Assembly: GCA_965219085.1 (NCBI GenBank)
Contig: OZ244720.1
Coordinates: 2,688,001-2,752,000 of the forward strand
DNA from: Dehalococcoidia bacterium
GTDB taxonomy: Bacteria; Chloroflexota; Dehalococcoidia; UBA2979
Direction: 5' to 3'
DNA length: 64,000 bases
The notes beneath the pieces were generated by a model that was not told the origin of the DNA, ran no database searches, and saw only the letters and a program-made list of their open reading frames with translations. This document shows, in pieces, positions 19,828 through 29,769 of this stretch. Position numbers and translations under genes: made by a program. Each line of letters starts with the position of its first letter. The first letter of the stretch is position 1.

Positions 19828-20810
19828 CTATTGGAGTGAGATGTCGCGGAAACGTGCCTCCGAAGTCGCGGCGTACGTCTCGTCAGCTTCGATAGCTAGC
19901 CATCTACGCTCGAGCGATTCCGCGACAAAGCCTGTAGTGTTACTGCCGGCGAACGGATCTAAGATAGTGTCACCGGGATCAGTAACGAACTTCACAAAGA
20001 ACTCTACGAGCTTCTGCGGCATTCGGGCGGGATGTGGATCTAACCCGTGCTTTCGACAGAACTCTTGGTAAGGATCGGCCGATCGAGTATTTGCGATCGG
20101 CAGGACGTCGTAGAGATCCATTAGGAGATCCTCAGCTGGTGGCGCCAAGACGTTCGGTGGAACGGCACCACCGCGATCGTTCAGGAACGATGTCTGTCCT
20201 ATCAGGTGCTCTGACGGTCGAGTTCCAGCGTTGTACGTGCCACGCCGCAGTAGACGCTTCATGGCGTCGCTATACTCTGTAAGGACGTGATGGTTATCTG
20301 CTTTCGGGCGCTCACTCGGAGCGAGCCACCACACACGTGTGAAGGCATCCTTTACGCGGATGTGCTCGACGTTCACCCATTGGACGGGTGATGGTAGACG
20401 GGCAGGGTTGAAGCAGATGAACTCTTGGCAAAGATGGAGCCCGGCGGATTCTTGAAATTCGAGAAGAGCCTTGAGCGGAAGGGTCGACATGGTCGGACTT
20501 CCTGGCTCCCAAGCGTTGCCTATTCGAGCACAATCGATCCATCAGGGGCCACATAGTCGCGGAACGTACTCGCAAATGAGGCGAGCCACGTCACATATGC
20601 TCGACCGGTGAGATTGCCGTACTTCTTCTTGCGATTGAGTGGGAAAGGTGGCGAGGTCAAGATGAGCTGTATGTGCTTGCGGTGTGCAGTGATTGGTTCT
20701 GCTTCAAGCAATGACTCTGCTTTGCCATAGAACATTGAGCCGCGGTGCGTGGAGTACAGAGGCTCCGCCGGGCGGGGGGATCTAGGCACCGCGAGCAACC
20801 TGCCTGCCAC
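19828..20810 (-). pseudogene. beta-class N4-cytosine DNA methyltransferase (M.PvuII-like), frameshifted
   Basis: TSPPF, FNPARLPSPVQWVN, HPARMP, DPFAGSNTTG; restoring one A at ~20523 joins the ORFs as IVLE-IGNAWEPGSPTMSTL. Confidence 0.85.
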
Positions 20811-20948
20811 AACAGCTGGCAGTCAGCGGCGGGTAGGCTAGGGCGGACAGCCAGTGCATGCGTGCACCGTATCACGCCGCCCCGCGCGGGCGCGATGTAG
20901 ACTGCGCCCCGGCCCGCCGCGCGGCGGGCGCTTCGAAAGGACGACGCG

Positions 20949-21908
20949 ATGCCGCTACATCCACAGGCGCAGGCATTCCTCGAAGTGGTCGAGGCAGCCA
21001 ATGCCGCGCTCCCGCCGCTCGAGGAGCGCGACCCGGCAACGTGGCGGCAAGAGGGCCTCGACCTGGCCGCGCAGGCGCGCGACCTGCCGTTCAGCCCGCC
21101 CGTCCACGCCGAGACCGACCGCACGATCCCGGGCCCGGCCGGTGACATCCCGGTGCGCGTGCTCACGCCGGCCGCGGGCGGCCCCTACCCCGTGCTCGTG
21201 TGGTTCCACGGCGGCGGCTGGGTACTCGGCGGGCTCGACGGCGGCATCCACGCGCTGCGGCTGCTCGCCAACGTCGCGAACTGCGTGATCGTCTCGGTCG
21301 ACTACCGGATGGCGCCCGAGCATCGCTTCCCCGCGGCCGTCGACGACTGCCTGACCGCGACGCGGTGGGTGGCCGCGCACGCCGCCGAGGTCGGCGCGGA
21401 CCCGTCGCGCATCGCCGTCGGCGGGGACAGCGCGGGCGGCAACCTCGCCGCGGTCGTGGCGCAGCTGGCGCGTGACGGCGGGCCGGACCTCGCGTTCCAG
21501 CTCCTCGTCTGCCCCGTCACGGACTCGGACTTCTCGCGCAAGTCGTACATCTCGAACAACGAGGGCTACCTGCTCAGCACCGAGATGATGGAGTGGTTCT
21601 GGGCGCAGTACATGGGCCCCGACGGCGACCGCACCGACCCGCGCGTCGCGCCGATGCGCACCGAGGACCTCGGCGGCCTGCCGCCCGCGCACGTCATCGC
21701 CGCCGAGTACGACCCGCTCGCCGACGAAGCCGTCGCGTACGCCGAGGCGATGGAGGCCGCAGGCGTCGACGTGACGCTCGTGGTGGCCGAGGGGCACATC
21801 CACGACTACGTGATGAACCTCGGGATCATCGACGACGCCGAGACCGCCATCGCCGACGTGGCGCGCAACATGACGCGGGCGTTCCAGCTCGCCGGAAGCG
21901 AGGACTGA
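20949..21908 (+). CDS. alpha/beta hydrolase, HSL/Aes-family esterase
   Basis: HGGGW oxyanion motif, GDSAGG nucleophile, AEYDPL, GHIH. Confidence 0.92.
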   Translation: MPLHPQAQAFLEVVEAANAALPPLEERDPATWRQEGLDLAAQARDLPFSPPVHAETDRTIPGPAGDIPVRVLTPAAGGPYPVLVWFHGGGWVLGGLDGGIHALRLLANVANCVIVSVDYRMAPEHRFPAAVDDCLTATRWVAAHAAEVGADPSRIAVGGDSAGGNLAAVVAQLARDGGPDLAFQLLVCPVTDSDFSRKSYISNNEGYLLSTEMMEWFWAQYMGPDGDRTDPRVAPMRTEDLGGLPPAHVIAAEYDPLADEAVAYAEAMEAAGVDVTLVVAEGHIHDYVMNLGIIDDAETAIADVARNMTRAFQLAGSED

Positions 21909-21909
21909 G

Positions 21910-22449
21910 ATGGGCAGTATGCCTGCGGACGCGGGGATACCCCGCCGGGCGCCTGCGGACGCGGGGATACCCCGCCGGCGAGCCGAAGGCTGGGTGAAGC
22001 GCCTGGACGCGGCGTTCGAGGGTGACGCCGCGTCCGTCATCGCCAACCTCGCGACCGTTCGCGAGGAGGACTGGACGTGGCTGCCGCCCGGCGGCGCCCG
22101 CTCGATCCGCGACCTCGTCCAGCACATCGGCAGCTCGAAGCTGTTGTACGCGGACGCCGCCTTCGCCGACGGCAAGCTCGGGTTCGACGACCCGATCGTC
22201 GAGGGCGAGGGGTCGCTCGGCACGGTCGGGCTGGGGGTCGCGTGGCTGCGCGCGGCGCATGCCGCGCTGCGCGCGGGCGTCGCCACGCTCGACGACGCTG
22301 CCCTCGACGCCGAGATCGGCATGCCGTTCGGCCGCACCGCGAACGCCGAGGAGATGCTGGATCAGCTCGCGCGGCACGAGGTCTACCACACGGGCGAGAT
22401 CAACCACCTGCGCGCCCTCGCGCAGGACGACGACGCATGGGCCTGGTAG
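21910..22449 (+). CDS. DinB/YfiT-family protein
   Basis: RSIRDLVQHI and HEVYHTGEI metal-binding His motifs; N-terminus contains a duplicated 10-aa unit. Confidence 0.82.
   Translation: MGSMPADAGIPRRAPADAGIPRRRAEGWVKRLDAAFEGDAASVIANLATVREEDWTWLPPGGARSIRDLVQHIGSSKLLYADAAFADGKLGFDDPIVEGEGSLGTVGLGVAWLRAAHAALRAGVATLDDAALDAEIGMPFGRTANAEEMLDQLARHEVYHTGEINHLRALAQDDDAWAW
21921..21978. repeat. 30-bp-period tandem palindromic repeat, 2 copies
   Basis: GCCTGCGGACGCGGGGATACCCCGCCGG at 21921 and 21951; internal stem GCGGGG-ATA-CCCCGC. Confidence 0.92.
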
Positions 22450-22468
22450 CGCAGGCAGCACGCGGGGG

Positions 22469-23422
22469 CTAGAAGACGGCGCGGCTGTCGAGGTCCTCGG
22501 AGGACATCGGCTCCGCGAAGACCTCGGGGACGGGGCCGTCGCCCCACCACTCGATCTCGGGTTGCAGGCGCACGCCCGCATGGTCGAGCACGCGGCGTTG
22601 CACCTGCGCCATGAGCTCGACCATGTCGGCCGTGGTCGCGGTGCCGTCGTGGACGAAGAAGTTGGCGTGCAGCTCGCTCACCGTCGCAGCGCCGACCGCG
22701 AGCCCCTTGCACCCCGCCGCCTCGATGAGCCGCCCCGCGTAGTCGCCCTCGGGGTTGCGGAAGACCGAGCCGGCGTTCGGGCCGGCGGTCGGCTGCGTGG
22801 CCTGGCGGTGTTCGAGGAGCGTGCGCAGCTCGGCCTCGATCTCCTCCTTGGGGCGCGGCTGCAGCCGCAGCGTCGCGCCGAGCACCATCACGCCCGCCCC
22901 GCGCAACGATGAGCGCCGGTAGCCGAAGAACAGCTCGCTGCGCGGAATCGTCGAGCGCCCGCGCCCGCCGAGCACCTCGACCTCCTCGACGAGCAGGCCG
23001 ACCGAGCGGCCGTCGCCGATGCCCGCGTTGCTGTTGAGCGCCCCGCCGACCGCGCCCGGTATGCCGATCGCGAACTCGAGCCCGCCGAGGCCGCGCTCGG
23101 CCGCCGCGCGGCTGAGCGCGGGCAGCATCACCGCCGCCCCGGCCACGACGCGCTCGCCGATGAACGTGAACGATCCGGCCGCCCGCCTAAGCGAGACGAC
23201 GAGCGCGTCGATGCCCTCGTCGGCGACAAGCAGGTTGGAGCCCCCGCCGAGCACGCGCAGCGAGAGCCCCTCGGCGCGCGCCCAGCCGAGCAGCTGCTGC
23301 AACTGCTCGATGTCCTCGGGAATCGCGAGGTAGCGCGCGGGGCCGCCGAGGCGCAGGTAGGTGTGCCGCGCGAGCGGCGCGTGCTCGTGCACCTCGATGT
23401 CAGCGGGAGGGGGTGCGGTCAT
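22469..23422 (-). CDS. murB: UDP-N-acetylenolpyruvoylglucosamine reductase
   Basis: LGGGSNLL, GIPGAVGGA..NAG, FGYRRS, NAGSVFRNP, HANF, LQPEI. Confidence 0.94.
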   Translation of the reverse strand: MTAPPPADIEVHEHAPLARHTYLRLGGPARYLAIPEDIEQLQQLLGWARAEGLSLRVLGGGSNLLVADEGIDALVVSLRRAAGSFTFIGERVVAGAAVMLPALSRAAAERGLGGLEFAIGIPGAVGGALNSNAGIGDGRSVGLLVEEVEVLGGRGRSTIPRSELFFGYRRSSLRGAGVMVLGATLRLQPRPKEEIEAELRTLLEHRQATQPTAGPNAGSVFRNPEGDYAGRLIEAAGCKGLAVGAATVSELHANFFVHDGTATTADMVELMAQVQRRVLDHAGVRLQPEIEWWGDGPVPEVFAEPMSSEDLDSRAVF

Positions 23423-23515
23423 GGTTCGTATGGTAGGGGAGGGACCGGATGGCGGCTGGCGACCAGGGTGAGGGCAGCGTCCCGAGGACGCGGCCTATGG
23501 TTTGATGCCACCAGC

Positions 23516-23734
23516 GGGCAGGCGCACGCGAACGGCATCGAGAGCTTCTGCTCGATGCTCGAGCGCGGCTACTACGGGACGTACCACCGGATGAGCCCGA
23601 AGCTCCTGGCGCGCTACGTCGCCGAGTTCTGGGGCCGCCACAACATCCGCGACCTCGACACCATCACACAGATGGCCGTCGTCTCACGCGCGATGGTGGG
23701 CCGCCGCCTCACCTACGAGCGGCTGATCAACTGA
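23516..23734 (+). mobile_element. IS1595-family transposase C-terminal remnant
   Basis: GQAHANGIESFCSMLERGYYGTYHRMSPKLLARYVAEF...RRLTYERL; N-terminal Zn ribbon and most of the DDE core absent. Confidence 0.85.
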
Positions 23735-23785
23735 GGCGTGACAGTTTGGGTAGATCGGGCGTAGGCCGATGACTAGGGTGAGATT

Positions 23786-23857
23786 TGGCGCGGGGGCGTG
23801 CCACCTGCTCGGGGCCGAAAAGCCTGTCCGGGTGGGAAACCCCACTCCCCCGCGCCA
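23786..23857. ncRNA. candidate structured RNA (multi-stem)
   Basis: Perfect 11-bp outer stem TGGCGCGGGGG/CCCCCGCGCCA enclosing GGC-CGAAAA-GCC and GTGGG-AAAC-CCCAC hairpins. Confidence 0.4.
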
Positions 23858-23914
23858 TCCAAACACACTGTAAACTACGTGCCGGTCAGCGCCAGACTCC
23901 GACCGCGCCGATTG

Positions 23915-24088
23915 TCAATCGTGCCGCTCATCAGCGTTGCGCCACCAGTTAGCGATGATCAGTCCGGCAAGAAACGCCACGAGGATCGGCCCGAGTGCCT
24001 TGAAGATGGCGAAGGCGACGAACGCTGCAATGGCGAGGCCGATCGCACCGAGGACGGCGATGGTCACCCATGCCGTTACCTCGCTCAC
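23915..24088 (-). CDS. small membrane protein
   Basis: GTG start overlapping the upstream TGA; hydrophobic 57-aa product. Confidence 0.6.
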   Translation of the reverse strand: MSEVTAWVTIAVLGAIGLAIAAFVAFAIFKALGPILVAFLAGLIIANWWRNADERHD

Positions 24089-25167
24089 GCCGGCTCGCAC
24101 TTGATGAGCGCCGAGGTGAGCGGATACCGCATCCAGACCTCGACTCCGTACGGAGGGTTGAACGTTGGCCACTGGCCGGGGCGAGCGGCACCGAACCAGA
24201 TGTACTGCGTGCCGGCCCCATTGCTGATCTTGGCTGTTGGCTCTCCGTCAGCGTCTCGCCCCCACACAGCCCACTGAGCGTCCTTGGCCTGCCCCTCACC
24301 GCGCACACCATAGAACTCGACGTAGCAGGCCAGCCTGCCCGCTGGTACGTAGGGGAGATCGATAATCCCCTCGCCGAGTACGTGCAGGTGCGGCGGTCTG
24401 CCGCTCGTGTCGCCCCGTACGGCGTACTCGAAGCCGCGCGCTTCCGGTAGCGGGTCGACCGGATCGCATCGCACCGTCCACTCGCCGCGCGGAGCCACAC
24501 CCACACCCAACGTGTACGGGGCGAGGAGCGAGCGCGGCCGCTCCTCGCCGTCGAACTCCCCGAAGTAGATCACCTTCGGGGGCAACTCCCCGGCGGCCGT
24601 TTCTTGATGGTAGCCGACCCATGCGCTGACGCGCGTGCGTTGCAGCCCGATCCGCCCGTCGCGCGGCCGGAGCCCCGTACCCGAGACATTTACGCCGAAC
24701 CCATCCGGGCGCCCGGATTCCATCCTGTTGCCGGTGACCTCTGCGCTACACACCAGATGTCCGGACGCCTCAACCTCTGTGGCGCCTGGCCCTTGCCCGC
24801 TGATGGTGAACCCCCGGGCGGGCTGCGCGGCGGTGGGCGTCGGCGCAGCCGTGGGAGTCGCCGTCGGGGTGGGCGCGGGTGTCGGCGTGGACGCGGGCGC
24901 GGGCGCGGGCGCCGGTGTCGGCGGCGGCGGCCCCTCGACGATGCGTGTGCCGTACTTGCTGAGGAACGTCCCGTTGACGATCTCGGGCGCGCCAGCGATC
25001 CACGTCGTCCAGCTGTCGTCGTGCTCCCTGACGTAGATGCCCCGGATGTCCGCGAACCAGATCAGCGCTCCGTTGGTCTCCCACTCATCGTCCGAGAGCG
25101 CCGCCGGCCGCATCACCAGCGCGAGGAGCAGCCCGATGGTGGCGGCGACGAACAGGCGCGGGAGCAT
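24085..25167 (-). CDS. secreted protein with Pro/Thr/Ala linker
   Basis: MLPRLFVAATIGLLLALV signal peptide, GGAGG RBS, PTPAPAPAP linker, beta-rich domains. Confidence 0.7.
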   Translation of the reverse strand: MLPRLFVAATIGLLLALVMRPAALSDDEWETNGALIWFADIRGIYVREHDDSWTTWIAGAPEIVNGTFLSKYGTRIVEGPPPPTPAPAPAPASTPTPAPTPTATPTAAPTPTAAQPARGFTISGQGPGATEVEASGHLVCSAEVTGNRMESGRPDGFGVNVSGTGLRPRDGRIGLQRTRVSAWVGYHQETAAGELPPKVIYFGEFDGEERPRSLLAPYTLGVGVAPRGEWTVRCDPVDPLPEARGFEYAVRGDTSGRPPHLHVLGEGIIDLPYVPAGRLACYVEFYGVRGEGQAKDAQWAVWGRDADGEPTAKISNGAGTQYIWFGAARPGQWPTFNPPYGVEVWMRYPLTSALIKCEPA

Positions 25168-25491
25168 CGGGTGCCTCCCCGAGGTGGGCGGACTCCCGGT
25201 CCTCGACGAGAGGTCCCCGACACTGCAAGGGGAGGCATGATGCCGCGCCCGCGTATCGGGTCTGCCGTCAAGAATCTTCAGTTCCCGCCGTTCAGCCTCA
25301 GTATGTAGTCCCACTCTATGGCGGACAAGTATTTGCGTGGCCGGACAACTCCTCCTGCTGGATTGAATGGGCGGCCCAACGAAGGCTACCAGGGCAGTAC
25401 CACCACCGCCGGTTGACCGCCGATCGCGCGCTGCCTACGCTCGCCTGACCGCCACCCCGACCACGGACGAACCGACGAGGCCGCCCGCGCG

Positions 25492-26028
25492 ATGATCGAC
25501 TTTGGCCTGGTGGATGCCGTCGACGCCGAGGCCCTCGGCGAGCCGGGGGAGCGCACGTTCCGCCTGCGCGCCATGGCCGGCGCCAACCGCGCCGCGCTGT
25601 GGATGGAGAAGGAGCAACTCGCTGCCCTCGGCCGCGCCATCTCGCGGCTGCTCGCCGAACGCGCGGCACGCCGCGAGGAGCCGTCGCGGTCCAGCGGGGA
25701 CCTCAGCGGCTTCGGCAACCACCCCGACGTGGACTTCCGGGTCGCCCGGCTGGGGCTCGACTTCGAGAACGAGGGCGAGCGCCTGCTCATCCTCGCCGAC
25801 GACGAGGAGGCGCTCACCGGCGGCAACACGCCGGCGTTTCGCATGGAGATCGGCCGCGCCGCCGCGCGCGCCCTCGTCACGCAGATCACCGAGGTGGTCG
25901 CGGCCGGGCGGCCGCGCTGCCCGCTCTGCGGCCAGCCACTGGAGGGTGACGGGCAGCACTTCTGCCCCGGTTCGAACGGCCACTCGCAAGAACTCGAGAT
26001 CCCGACCGACGAGACCGAGCAGGCCTGA
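25492..26028 (+). CDS. DUF3090 family protein
   Basis: [29 protein letters not shown]...HFCPGSNGH. Confidence 0.85.
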   Translation: MIDFGLVDAVDAEALGEPGERTFRLRAMAGANRAALWMEKEQLAALGRAISRLLAERAARREEPSRSSGDLSGFGNHPDVDFRVARLGLDFENEGERLLILADDEEALTGGNTPAFRMEIGRAAARALVTQITEVVAAGRPRCPLCGQPLEGDGQHFCPGSNGHSQELEIPTDETEQA

Positions 26029-26135
26029 CGCCCGTCGCGCGCGCCTCGGGCGTTGCAGCGGTAGGATCACCCCGGGTTGGGCACCCCGGACTTGGGCGGA
26101 CTCGCATCACGCCGCGCACCGACGGAGGCACAGAC

Positions 26136-27809
26136 ATGACGTTCGACACCCGGCATCGCAGCCGCACGCTCGTCGACGGGCCGGACCGCGCGCCCGCGCG
26201 CTCGTACCTGAAGTCGGTGGGGCTGAGCGGCGAGGACCTGCAGCGGCCGCTCGTGATGGTGGCGCACAGCTGGATCGGCACGATGCCGTGCAACTACAGC
26301 CAGCGCGAGCTGGCGCAGCACGTCATGGCCGGGGTGCGCGCCGCGGGCGGGACGCCGATGGAGGTCAACACCGTCTCCATCAGCGACGGCATCTCGATGG
26401 GCACGCAAGGCATGAAGGCCTCGCTGATCAGCCGCGAGCTCATCGCCGACTCGATCGAGTTGTGCGGCGTCGGTTACGGCTTCGACGCGGCGGTCGTGCT
26501 CGTTGGATGCGACAAGACGATCCCGGCCGCGACCCTCGCGCTGGCGCGCCTCGACATCCCGAGCCTCGTGCTCTACAGCGGCTCCATCGACCCCGGCGTG
26601 CTCGACGGGCAGGACATCACGATCCAGGACGTCTTCGAGGGTGTCGGGCAGCACGCGGCCGGCACGATCACCGACGAGCAGCTCGCCGCCATCGAGGACG
26701 CGGCCTGCCCCGGCGCGGGCGCGTGCGGCGCGCAGTACACCGCCAACACGATGGCGATGGTGCTCGAGTTCCTCGGCATCGCGCCAATGGGCAGCGGGTC
26801 GGTCGGCGCGACCGACCCGCGCAAGGACCGCGTCGGCTTCGAGGCCGGGCAGCTCGTCATGGACGTGCTGCGGCGCGGCCAGCGGCCGAGTGACATCTTC
26901 ACGCGCGAGGCGATCGAGAACGGCATCGCCTGCGCCGCCGCCACGGGTGGCTCCACGAACGTCGTGCTGCACCTGCTCGCGCTCGCGCGCGAGGCGGGCA
27001 TCCCGCTCGAGATCGACGACTTCGACGACATCAGCGAGCAGACGCCGCTGATCGGCGACCTGCGGCCCGGCGGCCGCTACGTAGCGCTCGACCTCGATCG
27101 TGCGGGCGGGATCCAGCTCGTCGCGAAGCGGCTCGTCGAGGGCGGCAAGGTCCACGGCGACGTGCCGACGGTGACCGGCCGGACGCTCGCCGAGGAGGCC
27201 GCGGAGGCCGTTGAGACGCCCGGCCAGGACGTGGTGCGCGCGCTCGACGACCCGCTCAAGGAGACGGGCGGGCTCGTGATCCTGCACGGCAGCCTCGCGC
27301 CCGAGGGCGCTGTGGTGAAGGTCGCGGGCTACGAGCGGACGCAGCACCGTGGCCCCGCGCGCGTCTTCGAGCAGGAGGAAGACGCCCTCGAGGCGGTCCT
27401 CGCCGGCACGATCAACGAGGGCGACGTGGTCGTGATCCGCAACGAGGGGCCGGTCGGCGGGCCGGGCATGCGCGAGATGCTGGGCGTGACCGCTGCGCTG
27501 GTCGGCGCGGGCCTCGGCGAGACGGTCGCGCTGCTCACCGACGGGCGCTTCAGCGGCGCCACACGCGGGCTCATGGCCGGCCACGTCGCGCCCGAGGCTG
27601 CCGCGAGCGGCCCCATCGCCGCCGTGCACGAGGGCGACATGGTCGCGTTCGACATCGACGGCCGCACGCTCGACCTCGAAGTCGACGCGGCGGAGATCGC
27701 ACGCCGCCTCGACGCATGGACGCCGCCGCCGCCGCGCTGGGAGCGTGGCGTGTTCGCGAAGTACGCACGCTCGGTGTCGAGCGCGGCGGAGGGCGCGGTT
27801 ACGGGGTAG
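26136..27809 (+). CDS. ilvD: dihydroxy-acid dehydratase
   Basis: PCN, SDGISMG, GCDKTIP, GGSTN, GPGMREM, TDGRFSG, GHVAPEA. Confidence 0.96.
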   Translation: MTFDTRHRSRTLVDGPDRAPARSYLKSVGLSGEDLQRPLVMVAHSWIGTMPCNYSQRELAQHVMAGVRAAGGTPMEVNTVSISDGISMGTQGMKASLISRELIADSIELCGVGYGFDAAVVLVGCDKTIPAATLALARLDIPSLVLYSGSIDPGVLDGQDITIQDVFEGVGQHAAGTITDEQLAAIEDAACPGAGACGAQYTANTMAMVLEFLGIAPMGSGSVGATDPRKDRVGFEAGQLVMDVLRRGQRPSDIFTREAIENGIACAAATGGSTNVVLHLLALAREAGIPLEIDDFDDISEQTPLIGDLRPGGRYVALDLDRAGGIQLVAKRLVEGGKVHGDVPTVTGRTLAEEAAEAVETPGQDVVRALDDPLKETGGLVILHGSLAPEGAVVKVAGYERTQHRGPARVFEQEEDALEAVLAGTINEGDVVVIRNEGPVGGPGMREMLGVTAALVGAGLGETVALLTDGRFSGATRGLMAGHVAPEAAASGPIAAVHEGDMVAFDIDGRTLDLEVDAAEIARRLDAWTPPPPRWERGVFAKYARSVSSAAEGAVTG

Positions 27810-28161
27810 CGGGAGGTAACGGCCTCACCCGAACGCGGTCGTCGGTGACGACCGCGAAGTGGTCGTCCCAGTCTTCGCGAGTAACCAATGCCGCGGAGAC
27901 GACGTCCGCCTGCTCCTGCGACGAACCGCGCAGGTGCAGCAGGATGACGCCGCTGCTGGCTACTCGCCGGAAGCGGAATACGATCTCGCCGAAATCGCTG
28001 TCGGCCGTGATGAGTATGCGCTCCTCAGGCGTCGCGCGATCCAGCACCTGTGGATCGTCACGCTCCGGCGAATCGGGACGGATCCAGGCCACATCGTGGC
28101 CTTCGCGGCGCAACACATTGACGACATCGCGGGGAAGATTCTCGTCGGCGAGAAGGCGCAT
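27799..28161 (-). CDS. DUF5615 PIN-like toxin
   Basis: [24 protein letters not shown]; downstream of a DUF433 gene. Confidence 0.88.
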   Translation of the reverse strand: MRLLADENLPRDVVNVLRREGHDVAWIRPDSPERDDPQVLDRATPEERILITADSDFGEIVFRFRRVASSGVILLHLRGSSQEQADVVSAALVTREDWDDHFAVVTDDRVRVRPLPPATP

Positions 28162-28167
28162 GCCGTG

Positions 28168-28398
28168 CTACACGCGAAGCGGGTAGACGCTTTCGCCTCG
28201 CAGTCGCGTGCTCGCGTAGTGCAGGCAGGCGCGGATATCGTCGCGATCGAGCGACGGATACTGTTCGAGGATGGTGTCCTCATCCCAGCCGTCAGCGAGC
28301 CGCTCGATCACGAGCTCCACGGCGATCCGGGTGCCTCTGACGATCGGTTTGCCCACAAGTACGGCGGGGTTGAGTTCGATGCGCTCTTCCCAGTCCAC
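28168..28398 (-). CDS. DUF433 antitoxin
   Basis: NPAVLVGKPIVRGTRIAV...EQYPSLDRDDIRACLHYA. Confidence 0.92.
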   Translation of the reverse strand: MDWEERIELNPAVLVGKPIVRGTRIAVELVIERLADGWDEDTILEQYPSLDRDDIRACLHYASTRLRGESVYPLRV

Positions 28399-28471
28399 AG
28401 GTGCGCCTCCTCGACTCGCCGCCGGGATTCGGCTCTGGCGCCACGCTTAGGATAACCGCACTCGCCAGCGG

Positions 28472-29284
28472 TTACGCGCTGTCCGGGTCGAGGATCGCGT
28501 TCCAGGCCGCGAGGCCGAACCCGCCGTCGAGGTGGATCGTCTGGCCGACGAGCATCGGTGCTTCGTCGGAGCAGATCCACGCGACCGCGGCAGCCACGTC
28601 CTCGGGCGACACGTTGCGGCCCGCGGGCACGTTCGGACGCACGGCGTCGGAGACGTTGCCGCGGTACGAATGCTCGCCCTCGGACGCCTCGACCCAGCCG
28701 GCCGAGACGGCGTTGACGCGGATCCCGCGCGGCGCCAGCTCGACGGCGAGGTAGCGTGTCAGCGAGGCGAGCGCGGCCTTGCTCACCGCCACCGCCGAGT
28801 AGTCCGGCATGTACTGCCACGCGCCGGGCGAGAGCAGGTTGACGATGGCCCCGCCGCCGCGCTGCTCCATCAGCGGCACGGCGGCCTGTGCCGCCTGCCA
28901 CGGCCCGAACAGGTTCACGTCCATCGTTGCGTGGAGGTGGTTCGGGCGCTGCGTCATCGCCGGCCTCGGCCGTTCGAGGCCGCGCGCGGCGTTGTTGATC
29001 AGCACGTCGACGCCGCCCCACGCCTCGGCGTGCCGGAGGAGCGCGGCGAGGTCGTCGCGGTCCCCGGCGTCGGCGCGGAAGGCCTCGGCCTCGACGCCGT
29101 GGGCGCGGCACTCGGCGGCGGTGGCCTCGGCGGCGTCGGTGCTGCGTGCGTAGTTCACGAGCACGTGGCAGCCCTCGGCGGCGAGCCGCAGCGAGATGGC
29201 GCGGCCGATGCCGCGCGACCCGCCGACCACGACGGCGCGCTTGCCGGCCAGCGAGGGGTAGCGGGCGGGCCCGTCGTCGGTCAC
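28472..29284 (-). CDS. SDR-family oxidoreductase (FabL/FabG-like)
   Basis: GGSRGIG, INNAA, YSAVAVSK, GIRVNAVS, LDGG. Confidence 0.85.
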   Translation of the reverse strand: MTDDGPARYPSLAGKRAVVVGGSRGIGRAISLRLAAEGCHVLVNYARSTDAAEATAAECRAHGVEAEAFRADAGDRDDLAALLRHAEAWGGVDVLINNAARGLERPRPAMTQRPNHLHATMDVNLFGPWQAAQAAVPLMEQRGGGAIVNLLSPGAWQYMPDYSAVAVSKAALASLTRYLAVELAPRGIRVNAVSAGWVEASEGEHSYRGNVSDAVRPNVPAGRNVSPEDVAAAVAWICSDEAPMLVGQTIHLDGGFGLAAWNAILDPDSA

Positions 29285-29769
29285 GGCGCTGCCACCTCGT
29301 GCGGCCCGAACGGCCCCTTCGCGGGCTCGATCAGGACGCCGACCGCCCACTCGTAGCCGTCGGGGTCGCGCACGAGCGTCTCGCGCCAGCCGTGGCCCTT
29401 GTCCGTCGCCGGCGCGACGAGATGCGCGTCGTGCTCGCGGGCCCGCGCCTCGACGGCGTCGGGGTCGATGCCGAGCAGCCGCACCTGTGCGCCGACGCCG
29501 CGCGTCGCGCCGCCGGCGAGTTCGCCGCTCCACGGGTGGTCGTCGTGGGTGTGATCGGCGTGCAGCATCACCTCGGCGGGACCGACGCGGACGGCTGCGA
29601 AGTCGATGTCCTGATAGTGGACCTCGGCGTCCAGGACGTCGCGGTAGAAGGCGGCGGCGCGCTCGGTGTCGCGCACGATGAGGTTGAGGGCGAGCGGTGG
29701 CAGCAGCGCGCCGTAGCGGAAGCCCGGCATCCACGGCATCGTGCCTTCGGGGCGCAGTCGGGTTCCCAT
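29281..29769 (-). CDS. VOC/glyoxalase family protein
   Basis: AAAFYRDVL, HGWRETLVRDPDGYEW. Confidence 0.82.
   Translation of the reverse strand: MGTRLRPEGTMPWMPGFRYGALLPPLALNLIVRDTERAAAFYRDVLDAEVHYQDIDFAAVRVGPAEVMLHADHTHDDHPWSGELAGGATRGVGAQVRLLGIDPDAVEARAREHDAHLVAPATDKGHGWRETLVRDPDGYEWAVGVLIEPAKGPFGPHEVAAP

Noticed and set aside
16660-20860. Target duplication or terminal repeats bounding the GHKL island
   Set aside because: Only 6-8 nt matches (e.g. GGGTAG), which are expected by chance.
23430-25400. Intact IS1595 element with terminal inverted repeats
   Set aside because: The transposase is only a C-terminal fragment and no TIR pair was found.
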